DNA from: Oikopleura dioica
Taxonomy: Eukaryota > Animalia > Chordata
Direction of reading: 5' to 3'
NCBI GenBank assembly: GCA_907165135.1
Contig: OU015568.1
Span: forward strand, 13,454,001-13,518,000
DNA: 64,000 bases
A program made the translations under genes and the position numbers. The notes beneath the pieces are model-generated. The model saw nothing but the letters and a program-made list of their open reading frames with translations, was not told where the DNA came from and ran no database searches. Of this stretch, positions 29,101 to 40,800 are shown one piece after another (the stretch's first letter is position 1; each line of letters starts with the position of its first letter).

Positions 29101-29638
29101 AAATGTCAAAGGTAGATAGTCTTGAAAATGATACATCAACATTATTTCAAGCTGTCGTTCATACGCACTCTCTGAAATCAGCAGCACTTTCCTGTCTCCG
29201 CAATAATAGCATTCAACCAGTTCATCAAAACTCTTGTCGCTTCCTCTTGAACACCCTTTACGAAAATAAATATGACGGGATCGCAACGTCACAATCCGAT
29301 GAAGCCCAAAGGATATCCAATCTTCTCTTTCAAGCGCCGAACCGTGAAGTTCTCGTCCTCGCTAACCATGGAATTTTGACCTTTGGACAAACCCTTGCTG
29401 TAGCTTTCGATCATGCTTACTATTTTGAACGCGCTGTTGAAGTGCAGTTTTTGGCATTCAAAAGCGGCCCAGTAAAGCTTATCGATAAAGACACTGCAGT
29501 TAAAACTTCTAAACAGGTGGGAGGAGAAAACGTTCTTTTTCATTATTTTTTAAGCTTGAGCACAATAAAATCCCCTTCGCAATGGTTCACCTAGAATCTT
29601 TTGTACGCAAATATTTTCTTGCTAATAAAACTGAATAA
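26157..29638 (+). CDS. Class II aldolase/adducin N-terminal-domain protein, interrupted by a 2.5 kb element
   Basis: Motifs EIAAAHR..GLNEGV.NHISCRV, PFG..WDDI, AAFYLHS, AVVHTH, LANHGIL and YYFERAVEVQ. Start codon and one internal junction are uncertain. Confidence 0.85.
27508..28204. mobile_element. TTAA-targeting (Kolobok-like) MITE A, 697 bp
   Basis: 14-bp TIR GGGGGAGTATCACG flanked by TTAA at 27504-27507 and 28205-28208. Termini are RR...YY. Confidence 0.85.
28209..28867. mobile_element. TTAA-targeting (Kolobok-like) MITE B, 659 bp
   Basis: 17-bp TIR GGACCCCCCCATCAAGA flanked by TTAA at 28205-28208 and 28868-28871. Confidence 0.85.
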
Positions 29639-29675
29639 AAACTGTACAAAATGCGTTTTGTTCTCATTTGAACCA

Positions 29676-31072
29676 ATGTCAGACTGTGAAAATATCAAAT
29701 CTGAGTCAATTCGAGAAAATCATATCGATAGACGCACCCGTAAAAGTCGATTTCTCGCATACGTTTGCTTTTAGTGGATTGCGATCATCATCAATTAACA
29801 TTTTGAGCTGGAGTGTACAAAAGGCTTCAAGGGTTTAACATTTCACGCTCTCTCTGTAAGCGAATTTGAGGGTGTATATAAACTACGATCGCTGCAGGTC
29901 TAATCATCAGAACACGCTAACTGACTTCTTGATAAAAGAAGGAGAATATTTTTGAGAGAAACCTTCATAACTAACCGATATGAAACTTTTAAACTCACTC
30001 TTGCCACGGTCGTTTTCGGACAGGAAGAACGATATTTCAACGTAGAAACTACCAAGCCTCCAACAACTAATACTTGTAACGAGGATTGCGGCTTGTACGG
30101 AAGTTGCATTACTGATGCAGTCGGAAATAGCTACTGCTCATGTGACGACGGCTATGAAGATATCGCTGGTACCTGCGAAGATATCGACGAATGTTTGACA
30201 TCCCCTTGTCCAGCAACCAAGCCGGTTTGCGTCAACACTCTTGGAAGCTACACATGCAACACGATGGGCGGCGGGAGCAGCTATTTCAATGTCTACGCTG
30301 ACCCTCATTTCAAAGTATCTGCCCCTGGTCAGCCAACTCTGTGTTTCAACTTCCAAGGCAAAGATGGTGATATTTTCACACTGTTGAAAGACAATCTTCA
30401 TGATTTTACTGTCAACGCGAAATTCGGTGGCAATCAAAAGCACTCATGGATTGAGGAAGTTGGTCTGACGGTAGGAAAGCCACATGAAAATCGTGATTTT
30501 TATACTATTTAGACTCATTCCGGAACTACTGTTAAACTCTCGCCGAAGAACATTACTCTTGGCAAGAATGGCTCCAGGCAGCTCACGCTCATCTACAACA
30601 ACGTTGATGAGTGGGAATTCGGAGATGTTCTCATCCAGAGACACCACGACAGTCACGGCAAACACGTTGCTCTTATCCATCTTCGAGGTATGATATAATC
30701 ATCGATTCTCTCATTAAACAATATAAAAAAGATGGACCTACAATGCGCGTTCATGTTCACAAAGACCAGCTTGGATTCGAAGCATCTGAATCTGAGCAGC
30801 TCAACAACCCAGAAGGCATCGTCGGCACTCTCATGGCCAACAACGCTTACGAAATCAACGAAGAAGAGGAAACCATCAGGAGCAAATTTTGGCTCGCTGG
30901 AACCTCACAAAAGATTACAACAACAATGCCAATCATGAAAAACAAGGGATGCTATACACTTAGTAAAGATAATGTCAAATTCCTGCTGCCAGTGGAAGAC
31001 TTGAGACAAGACTCACTTTTTGATGTCAAAGAAGTGAGCCCAAAGATGATTGTCACTGCTGTGGAGAAGTAA
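29676..31072 (+). CDS. EGF / Ca-binding EGF + inter-alpha-trypsin-inhibitor heavy-chain C-terminal-like domain protein; start uncertain
   Basis: Two EGF repeats (CNEDCG..CSCDDGY and DIDECLTSPC..CVNTLGSYTC) followed by ADPHF..TLCFNFQGKDGDIFTLLKD, which resembles ITI-HC C-terminal domains. Confidence 0.75.
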
Positions 31073-31159
31073 AATTTGTATGTCTTTTATTTGTGTACAT
31101 ATCTTTTAATAAAATTGAACAATTTGATTCGGCGGTCGAACCACAACTATTTTCATACA

Positions 31160-33351
31160 TCATGTATCATTTAATTGCTTTTTCGTTTCAATAATTTGCA
31201 GACATCTTTTAAGATCATCAGCTTGGTCTAACTTTGGTGGCTCTCCGCTCTTGATCTTCTTTATGACTCTATAAAAGTGGAATTCATTTTCACATTGTCC
31301 CTTGTTCTCGCGGACAAGACTTAGAAATTCGTCTAAAGAAAGTGACGGAGTGTTTATTTTCACTGACGATGGCGCTAAAACAAGTCATGAAGAGGCTCGT
31401 ATTGTTATTTTATTACCGATCTTTTTCCGAGTTAGACCGCAGTCCAACTCATTGCTTTCGCATTTGTTAAATGTTTCCTTTGCAATGCGCAACTCGTCAT
31501 CGAATCTCTAAAAATGCTAAAATTATAATAATTTCCTCTTTTTACCTCTTTCCCAAAGGCTTGAATTTTTCGCTCAAACGAATGGTTAAAAAAGTCGTAC
31601 ATCATCAAATCAGCTTTGTTGAAATCACTGAAGATTTTGAGCTGTTCTTTGGTCAGTTCTGTCTTCTCGTATTCTCTGATATTTCTCGACGAGACATAAA
31701 GATCTTCGTATTCGCAACAAAGCATATGTTTTAGTAGGACAACTCCTTCCATAAAACGCTCCGCCAAGATCACCAGATCGAACTGTTTCTCCAATTTTTG
31801 GAGAGTTTCATGGACATAATTCGTGTCATTTAACCTGTCCAGATGCATTCCAAGCTCGAAGCTCTGCATATTGCTAACTCGGAATGACAGCGGATGATCA
31901 ATGCTGAAATTCTGTGGCATGGATTCTATCACCTCATTAGCTGTCGTTTGCTCACTTGATTTTCCTAGAAGTGAGCGATAAGGTTCTCCCCAGCAAACGA
32001 ATTCGCAGTTTTTTGCAAATTCCTGTCTATTGAAGAAACTCAGTGCAGACCGAAAGACATCAAGAGGATTTCTTATGGATGTGAAGGTTTTCACTTTTCG
32101 CCGATTTTTGTCAAGAATACTCGGCAAGTATTCCGGATTCCATCGAAAATGAAACGTCATCGCCAGCACAGGGTCATTCCTCATTGAACCTGACCAGCAT
32201 CGCTCATCAAATTTAGCTGGAAAACAACCTCCTAGGGGACCACTAAACGGCTCTTCTGATTCAACTCCGATAGTTTCGAGGAATTTCTCCGCCATTGCTT
32301 TTAGAGTGGAAGAGGCAGATTTATGCTTTCTCAGAAAAATAACGCCATCTTGTGGAGAACATTCATTTTTCCACAACATCAACGGGTCTTGGAAATAATT
32401 TCGAGGAAGTTTTCCTTGCTGGTTGGCTGCATAAGAAGCCTTATATCTATGTGCAGCATTCTTATTTTTGAGAATATCTTCTTCAAGGTATTCAAACTCG
32501 ACTTTCTTTCCACGAGAGTATTCACCTCTATTGAAAACAGGCTCATTCGCAAGCATTAAGAACTTCTTAAGAGCATCGATATTATAATCGCCTTGATCGA
32601 TCAACGATTCGCTAAAATATTCTATCGTCGGTTTCTGACTTTGCCGGTGAAATTGACCTTCGACATTCACTTTCCAAGAAATTTCTGGATCCCAATTGAT
32701 CTCGGTTTTGTAAAAGTCAAGTACTTTTTGAAGCTCAGCAGTTGCATTTCTCATTAAATCTTCGTAGTAAATGATTTTCACCTTCTTTCTCAGAAAAGAC
32801 ATATGATTGAAAACTTCGTATACCAGCTTTCGCCAGCGAAGTAGATTTTTCTTCGCGAATTGATCAAATAAACCGTCTTGAAAAATGGCCTCACTGGGAA
32901 TGCCAGTATGCGACTTGGTTCGTTTTCGTTTCCATTCTGCAACTGTCGCATCGTATGGATTTCGAATCAGGAGGATTGCTCCTTGCGCCTTTGAAAAATC
33001 AGCATGCTTGACACTATGCGTTTTTACAAGTGGAGTCTGTCCGTCTTCAAATCGGGTAGCTTCTCCAAGAAGTCCTCCGGAGATGAGAGCATCGTCGAAA
33101 TATGCGCTGCCAGTATAAAAACCAGTAGTTTCTTCGAATAGCTGTCTAAACCAAGTGTTTCCGCTTCCTGGCAATGAAACAAGAAGCATCAAAGGGAATT
33201 CATTTCTCTTGCCTAATTTCTTTCGGGAAATTAACTGCTTAGATTTTTCGCCAGAGGAATAAAGATTTTTGCTTTTCCTGAAGAAATGCAAAAGGCAAAT
33301 CGAGAAGACAGCGAAAAGAATAATAAAAAATATTATTTTGGATCGTTTCAT
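31160..33351 (-). CDS. Type II membrane tandem sulfotransferase: WSCD-type domain followed by galactose-3-O-sulfotransferase-type domain
   Basis: TM anchor after M33351. Domain 1: SLPGSGNTW, GFYTGS, VKTH, LLIRNPY, YEDL. Domain 2: FLRKHKSASST, IRNP, DLVILAERF.EGVVLL, AFGKERF. Two short introns near the 3' end. Confidence 0.88.
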
Positions 33352-33552
33352 TTTGAAACTCACGCGCTTAGATTTTTTGACATAACCGGTCTTCGCGATA
33401 ACAAAATGAATGCAACTGAAAGTCAAGCGAACCCGCTTCATCTTTGCCAAAATTTTTCAAAAACGGTTGTATGCAATCTTGGCGCAAATCAAGTGCTATC
33501 TGATTTGAAATCCGCGTAATGCACGACACTCGCCAACTAAAATCAGTTGAGA

Positions 33553-34101
33553 ATGGAGCAAAAACCGAAAATTAGAACTTTTTCAGCGCTGAACCGGACC
33601 CTTCCTGTCAGAAAGGTAGCTGTTTTGGAGCAAAAAGGGAGCCGAAGAGAACTATTCCAGTTGTAAACCGCGGCGTCCAGATCCAAAAGTAAGAACAACT
33701 TTCATTTGGTAAATGTAAATCTATTTTCAGGAGATCACCGCAAAGAAAAATTCCAGGAAAAGAGGAATTGATATTGATGCGGAAGAAAGCCCAGCAAAGA
33801 AGGCAAATATTGTGGACACTATGCCAAGAACTGGCAAAGCGAGAAAGAAGATAGAATTCTTCAGCAAAGGAGGAGACTGCGACAATTCGGTAAGAATACA
33901 ATAAAAAGGTCCTCAATTTGATATTCAATTAATTAGGAATGTCAGTCATGCAACCAAAAACAGCTCGAATATGAGATTCTTGAGGAAAAATACAACAACC
34001 TCAAGAAAATGGTCCAGAATTTCGGCAGAAACGTTGATCGATTCAGGAAGATCACAAACAACTCTAAGATCGAAAAACGAAGAGTCAAGAAAGCGATCTA
34101 A
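33553..34101 (+). CDS. Small basic hypothetical protein with C-terminal coiled coil
   Basis: ATG preceded by AG-A, two GT-AG introns (about 33690-33730 and 33890-33936), stop at 34099-34101. Needs a 1-nt correction in an A5 run near 33631-33635. Confidence 0.5.
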
Positions 34102-34550
34102 GATCGCCGATCTTATTAAAAAAATAAATTCACCTTGAAAATTGATATAAAATTCGTTTTATTTATTTGGCAAACCTGGCAGGACTAAACAAAAATATTG
34201 AGGAAGAGACGGTTTTGAGAAAAAGAGGGAGGGGCTCTGAGAAAGTGCCACTGGTCCTCCGGCTGCTGGAAGAGGCGAGGTTCCCATGGGTCCTCCGATT
34301 CCCGCCCGCTGGCTGGAAATGTAGAAAAATGAGATTTTGGGATAATGACGATGGGATAAGAGAATGATACAGAAGGGAGACCAATAAATAAAGAAAATTT
34401 ATTTAATACAATTTTAAGCAAGATAAATGAGTTGGAAATAATAACGCAAAATTATTTTGGAACATTGTCTTGAAATTCTGTATGAAAATCTAATATTGGC
34501 AATTAAAAAACTGATTTAGATGAAATTTTCATATAAAAAAACGTTTCAGA

Positions 34551-37542
34551 ATGGCAGAGCCGCGGACTCTAAGCGTAGCGTGGCTTCCTAAAGGAGTTCT
34601 GAAAAGCGTCCCAGATCGCGTGAATTTGGAAGAAGATGAGCTTCTCGAGATCAAAGAAAAGCTGGGAAAAGTGAAAGCAGACGAGAGCGAAGAGGAGCTA
34701 GAATCAGAGGATGAAAATATGGAAACTGTATCGGATGAGAAGAAAGCGCTCAGACCGGAATTGGAAAAGGTAAGTTTTCGTGCTTTGTAACAAAGCCTTT
34801 GTTTAGTTGAATTTAATGCATTTTCAGGAAGACAGCGATGTGTGGGATAAATTCAACCTGGACGATTACGACGACGAGCCGGGAATCATCGATCCAGGCA
34901 GCATCGGCGCTTTGGTTCACGAGGGAGAAGATGAGTACACCCCCGTTGGAGAATTCGACAAGGAAGACGAAGAAGATTTGGTGATCAAACCGGAAGATCA
35001 TGTTCTGTTAGCTGGTGTGGATAGTCCAGAAGGAACTGCAGCTGTTGAGGTATTTTTAATCTCTGAATCTAAAATGCTTCTTCATAATTTTTCATTTTGA
35101 AGATGAAAAAGCCGCCTTCTGCTTTTTAAAGTGTATTGAGTATAAATTTCCTTTTCTAAATAATTTCTAGGTTCGAATTTTTAACTCGAACGAAGAATAC
35201 TACGTCCGCAACGACATTCCCCTTTCCGGCCCTCCCCTCGTTCTCGCCTACATCAATTCCGAAATCGGCGAAGCTGTGGAGGAAGAAGAAGGCGCAGAGT
35301 ATGGCAACAACTTTGTCGCTGTGGGAACGATCACCAGCGAAATACAGATTTGGGATTTGGACATTATCAACGCTCCAGGGCCAGCGTACGTCTTGAATGG
35401 ACATAAAAAGGTAACAGAAATCAACTTACTCCGCAAGAACCTAACTTGAGACTTATTTAAGGACACAGCCGTCGTTTCCCTCAGTTGGGACGGAAAGAAT
35501 CAACTTGCTTCGGGCGGAACGGACGGACAGGCACTTGTCTGGTCGCTGGAGAACGCGCAGAAAGTGGCGCTGGGAAAGAAATCTGATTCTCCAATTAACC
35601 AAATTATCTTTTCCAAGAGCGAGCGCATAATTACTGGCAACGGCGTTGGCCTCACCAAAATATTCGACAAAAGGTAATCTATTTCATTACCAGAGAAAAA
35701 GGAATAAAGAAGTCGATTTATCTATCTTCGGACATTTTATTACTTATCAAAAGGAATTTCAAAGAAGTAATAAGAAAAAGATATTCTTCATTAGATTGAA
35801 TTTTTATAATTTATTGTGTATTTGTGACAATTTTTTTCGTTTCAGAGAGAAATGGGTTTGCGTACGAGACCTAAAACTCAACGCCGAAATAGAGAAGATT
35901 GCTGTTTCGGAAGAATTGATCGCCGTCGGCACGGCAGAAGGCAATATCTGTCTCATCAACCAGGCGAGCCCAGAGTTGCAAATTTTGTGAGCTAGCTGAG
36001 CTGAGCTATCTGAGCTAGCTGAGCTACAGCTCAGCTCAGCTCAGCTCAGCAATTTTGAGGTGAGGGTCAGCTCAGCTCAGCTCAGCTCAATTTGACCTCA
36101 GCTCAGCTAGCTCAGCTCAATGGTTCTTCGAAAAGAGCCAGCTCAGCTCAGCTAGCTCAATTTTAACCTCAGCTCAGCTAGCTCAGCTCAGCTCAGTCTA
36201 TTGAGCTGACAAAGATCGAACCACTTTTGATTGGTCTTTTTTTCAAAAACTTCGACGTATTTTCTATTCATGCTTTCCTGTTGGTCAATTTTAGATAGAA
36301 ATAATTCGAGTTTTCTTTGAAACAAGAGAGAAATTTAATAAAAAAAAGGGCTTCCGATAAAGAAATAATTAAGTACAGATGGTAAATATTTGATTGCGAA
36401 TGTGAGAGACTGGTCTAGGGGTGTGCGAGGGCAGGGGCTCCCTGTCCATCTACGCTAGAAGGTTGAAACATTGGCTCATCCACATAAATGATACCACTGT
36501 ATAATATTTTGGAGGATTCCTTATTGTTAAATGACAGAATAAATTTTTTTATGTCAAAAAGGTGCGATGTTGCGAGTGAGATGCTGGTCTAGGGGTGTGT
36601 GAGGGCAGGGGCTCCCTGTCCATCTACTCTAGAAGGTTGAAATTCGCTTCAACACATTTTTTTGGCATTTTTATAGTAAATAAAAATCAGCTTTTTCAGC
36701 TCAGCTCAGCTAGCTCAGCTCAGCTCAGCTAGCTCAGCATAAAAAATGGTCAGCTCAGCTCAGCTAGCTCAGTTTGAGAAATCACCAGCTCAGCTCAGCT
36801 CAGCTCAAAAATTTTCAAATATGACCCAGCTCAGCTCAGCTCAGCTCAATTTTTTTGATAAAAACCAGCTCAGCTCAGCTCAGCTCAGTTGTTTTTTATA
36901 AGGAGCCAGCTCAGCTCAGCTCAGCTCAATTTCGACCTCAGCTCAGCTAGCTCAGCTCAGAAAAAATTTTCAAAAATTTGCAACTCTGGGCGAGCCTAAC
37001 GATGACGGCGCATTGGGCGGCGCATTTGCCGAGCCAGCCGATCACGGGACTCCAATTCCGCAGCTCCGAGCATCTCTTCTCCTCTGGTCACATGCCAGGC
37101 GCCAGTCTTACCGTCTGGAACGTGTCAAAACATTTGACAGCGGAAAACGTCAAGACGCAGCCTCTTGCTCAATACAGTCGGAGGAGGCAGAAACAGGGAG
37201 GGAAGATTTTCTCCACCGTCCTTTGTCCAGAAGAGAAATCAGCGCTGGTTCTTGTTGGTGGGGAAAGAGGTGGCCCTCAAGGTAAGAAAAGAGTCAAAAA
37301 TTCGTGGTTATGGTGTACTAGAGAGTTTTATTCAAAAAACTTTCTTTCGTTACTCAATTTTTATTCTAGTCTTTAAAATCACCCAATCCTCGAAGAAAGC
37401 TGAAGACACAGCCGAGGACGATTCAGATACGGAAGACGAGGACGAGGAAATGGCGGAAGACGCGGCCGCCATGAACGATATCAAAGAAGAAGAGTGGGAA
37501 ACAGACGATGGCTCATCGGAAGGCGAAGAAATCGAAGAGTAG
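34551..37542 (+). CDS. PWP1: Periodic tryptophan protein 1 (WD40, ribosome biogenesis); one exon interrupted by a MITE
   Basis: Motifs SVAWLPKGVLKSVPDRV, FNLDDYDDE, EDLVIKPEDHVLL, YYVRNDI, VAVGT..IQIWDLD and LASGGTD, plus an acidic C-terminus. Confidence 0.92.
35971..36988. mobile_element. hAT-like MITE (1018 bp) with AGCTC subterminal arrays, inserted in a PWP1 coding exon
   Basis: TIR CAGAGTTGCAAATTTT and perfect 8-bp TSD GGCGAGCC (35963-35970 and 36989-36996). The empty site reads ..NICLINQAS-LTMTAHW.. in one frame. Confidence 0.93.
36410..36642 (+). repeat. Two copies of a 59-bp GC-rich direct repeat with an internal hairpin
   Basis: CTGGTCTAGGGGTGTG(C/T)GAGGGCAGGGGCTCCCTGTCCATCTAC(G/T)CTAGAAGGTTGAAA at 36410-36468 and 36584-36642 (2 mismatches). 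Confidence 0.9.
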
Positions 37543-37878
37543 ATTTTTCTTGTTTTCGGTTTCTTTTTAGACTGTGTACCTTTTAAATATATTCTTACGG
37601 ACAGTTATGATTATGTAACTCACTTTTGCTATTGTTCTTATTTTTCAGATCGCAGACATTTCTGTCTGGTAGACGTCCCGGGGGGTTAATAGACGTCTTC
37701 CATGTGGTTAATCTATTTGGATTCAAGAATCCATCAATTTTGACAGAAAAAAGTTCCTGCTCCTGCTGATTATGGGAACACAGCAGGCCCGTGTGTTAAC
37801 TGACGTCTTCTATTTAATACTACTCAAACTTAACTCCGTTTGAGTGCAGATTCTAATTCCAACTTTCTCAACTTCAGA

Positions 37879-40800
37879 ATGTATTTGACCAAAACGCTGC
37901 AAATCAAAATTTCAAACGCGAGACTTTGGAAAAGAGAATATTTTCAACCGTACGGGACGAATTGGACGAAAAAGTGGCTCCCGAGGCATATGAAAGGTAG
38001 AAGAGGAAGATTTTAAAAGCAAATAGAAGTAATCAATTTTATTATCCTTGCCCTTGTCTGACTTCTAAAATGGAAAGAAGAAGAATAAACAAATTCAATC
38101 GCCTTTTTTTTGTTCTTTCGCGGCGTAGCGAATACCGTAGATGCCCCTTTCCAGAGCTAACGAGACAATATGGGCAGAGAAGATAAACTTTGATATAAGG
38201 GCGAAACGCAGCGAACATTTCCTCGCAAGTTCAAAAGGTCAATTGCGTCATAGAAGTTGTCGACGCGCGCCTTCCGCTGAGCTCGCGAAATTACAACTTT
38301 GCGGCGCAGGGACGCGCTCCAAGGGTGAGTAAAAACTTTAAATCTACTATTGAGGGGATCGATAATAATTTTTTAGATCATACTGTCCGTAAGCAATCAA
38401 AGTTGTTCTTTAGAATACTTTTCCTTGATCAAATCAAATAAAATTTTTAACTTTCAGTGACTATTGTCACTTCTGATCGAAAATCAACATAATAAATAAC
38501 ATAATTAATTTAATCGTTTCTAAAGAAGGAAATCATGTCCAGAAGAAAAAACTCTAGTTATCACTAACTTATTTGATAACCAATTTCCGTACACGGTCTT
38601 GTACGTTGCCTATTTTCAACATCAAAATAGTCAAGACCATAAAGTTTGAAGTTAGTCTTAGAATAAGATTTTTCTCCGCCTTTAGAGAATTGAAAGTTAC
38701 ACAGAATATAGTATCCTGAAGATACTTGTTATTTTTGACGTGACAATCGTCACTCGTTTACGCGACAATTTCTTTCAAGAGCTTTGATAAGATATCATTA
38801 CATCTTTTTTACATGAAATAAAGTCCTTCTTTAGCTAGTTCTTTTCAACAAAGAAGACCTGGCGAATCTAACTCCCGCCGAGAAAAAGTACTTCACGCAG
38901 CAAGAACTAGAATCGGCAGAAGCTGTCGTCTGGGGCTGCGCGAACGAAACAAGTCCATCGATGCTCCCAGAGCTGCTGGAAAAAGTAGTAAAAATTACGC
39001 GGCGATGGCGATCTGAGCGCGGAACTATCGAGTGTCTGATCAGCGGGATACGGGCTGGGTTTTTTATACCTTTCATTCTACGACTACCTGTAGGGCGGGC
39101 GAATTTTTGAGCTCGAAAATAGTTACTGTTTCGCTTTAGTGGAACGGTCACGTGATCAAACGAAGCCTCTTCAAGCTCGTTTTTCCATGGAGAAAGCATT
39201 TAAAAATAGAGAGACTCGAACAGCATCTGAGAAATCAAAAATGTTCTTCCTCGATCCCCAAATTACGCGAAGCCATAAGACCCCAGATCTGCAAATCCGA
39301 CCCTAGCTGACCCAAATTAGTCATTTTGGAACAGAATAAATGACACAAGAAGGGCGTCGTAAATTCAATGCAGAATGCACGTTTGAAGAAACTGTTGATT
39401 GACTCAATTATCACCTCCCCAAAATAATTCTAAAGTGAAACAATAGTACCGTCCCAATTAAATTGAATGAACCGTTCTTGAAGTTCAGATGATCTAGATT
39501 AGAGGGATATAGATTTACTACTTCCATTGTCGTACTTTTTATTTTGAATTGGTATACAAGAGATTAAACCGGCCGAAGAAAACCCATTCCAGCGAACACA
39601 GGAAAATCGACGCTGATCAACAACTTGCGCCGGACATTTATTGAGAAGAATATCAATCACCGCGGCGTGTGCCTAACAGGAGACGCGCCTGCAATCACTC
39701 GGGACAGGGGCTCCATTCCATCCCTCAATTAGTTTATATATATTTGAAAGAAATAATTTGAGCATTGACGTCACCGTCATCTCACTAGAGACTTCGCTCA
39801 ATGAAAAAAAGCGTTTTATTTCGACGATAAAAAAGGGTTGAAAATGAAAAATCTAAATATAGAAAAATAGGCAAATATATCAAATTGATTTAGCCAAGGG
39901 CGGAAGTTCGAAATCAAGGTCGAGTGAGCTTGACTCTGAGCTTGAGTCAAGTCAAATTGACGTCACCTGGGTGGGGTTCCCTTTCTTTTGTTCTTCTACT
40001 TCTTTTTCTTTCTAGCAGTTATCTTTTATACTTCCCTTGAAAGAAGACTGCAATGTCTCGGAAATCAGATCAGATCAGTCTTTAGAGATATTATTCTTCA
40101 GAAGATTTTCGATTAAAAATATTTATTATTGGAAATTTTATTATAAAAGTAGACAAGTTCGCGAGAGTTTGTTTAAAAAGCTGTTTTGGTGGAAAAGGTG
40201 GCCTGGGAAATTGCGCGAAAGCGAGATACTTTCGATCGGATTCCTTCATAATTGTCCAAGGCCAAATTGAAAACGTATTTAGCAAGAGCATAAAGCTGTC
40301 AGAGCCCTTCTCAGAAATTGTCCGAACGCATATTGGTGCATGAAAGCCCGCGGATATTTGTGAGAGACACTCCGGGCGTCTATTCATTCGAAGATGTCGC
40401 CAGAATAAAACAGGTACAGTCAGAGTAAAAGAAAGCTTTTTCGAATACTTTTTCAAGTTCAATTATTGTCATTTTTAAAAGATGAGAGATTATTTTTTAA
40501 TTGACTTTATTCTTTTTTTTTGAGAGAAGGCTTTTGACATTCTTCTGTAACATATTTTTGGTTTTTTATTTGGGATCTTAAAATTTTAAGATCCCTCTTG
40601 TTTGAGCAGTTTCGTATTTGTTCTGGATAAGGGCAAATAGTCTTCTGAAATATCAACTGAATTTTATATTTAAATTCTTGCTTCCTAACAAGAGAATTTA
40701 AGTGATTTTCGGAGAGCGTTAGAAAATAATTCGTCTCATCAGTTATCTTTTAATATCACGAGATCAAGTGGAGAAAATACGTAAATAAATGTATTTATAG

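Noticed and set aside
34170-34370. GC-rich segment upstream of PWP1 (ncRNA?)
   Set aside because: No recognisable snRNA, snoRNA, SL or 5S motif. More likely promoter sequence.
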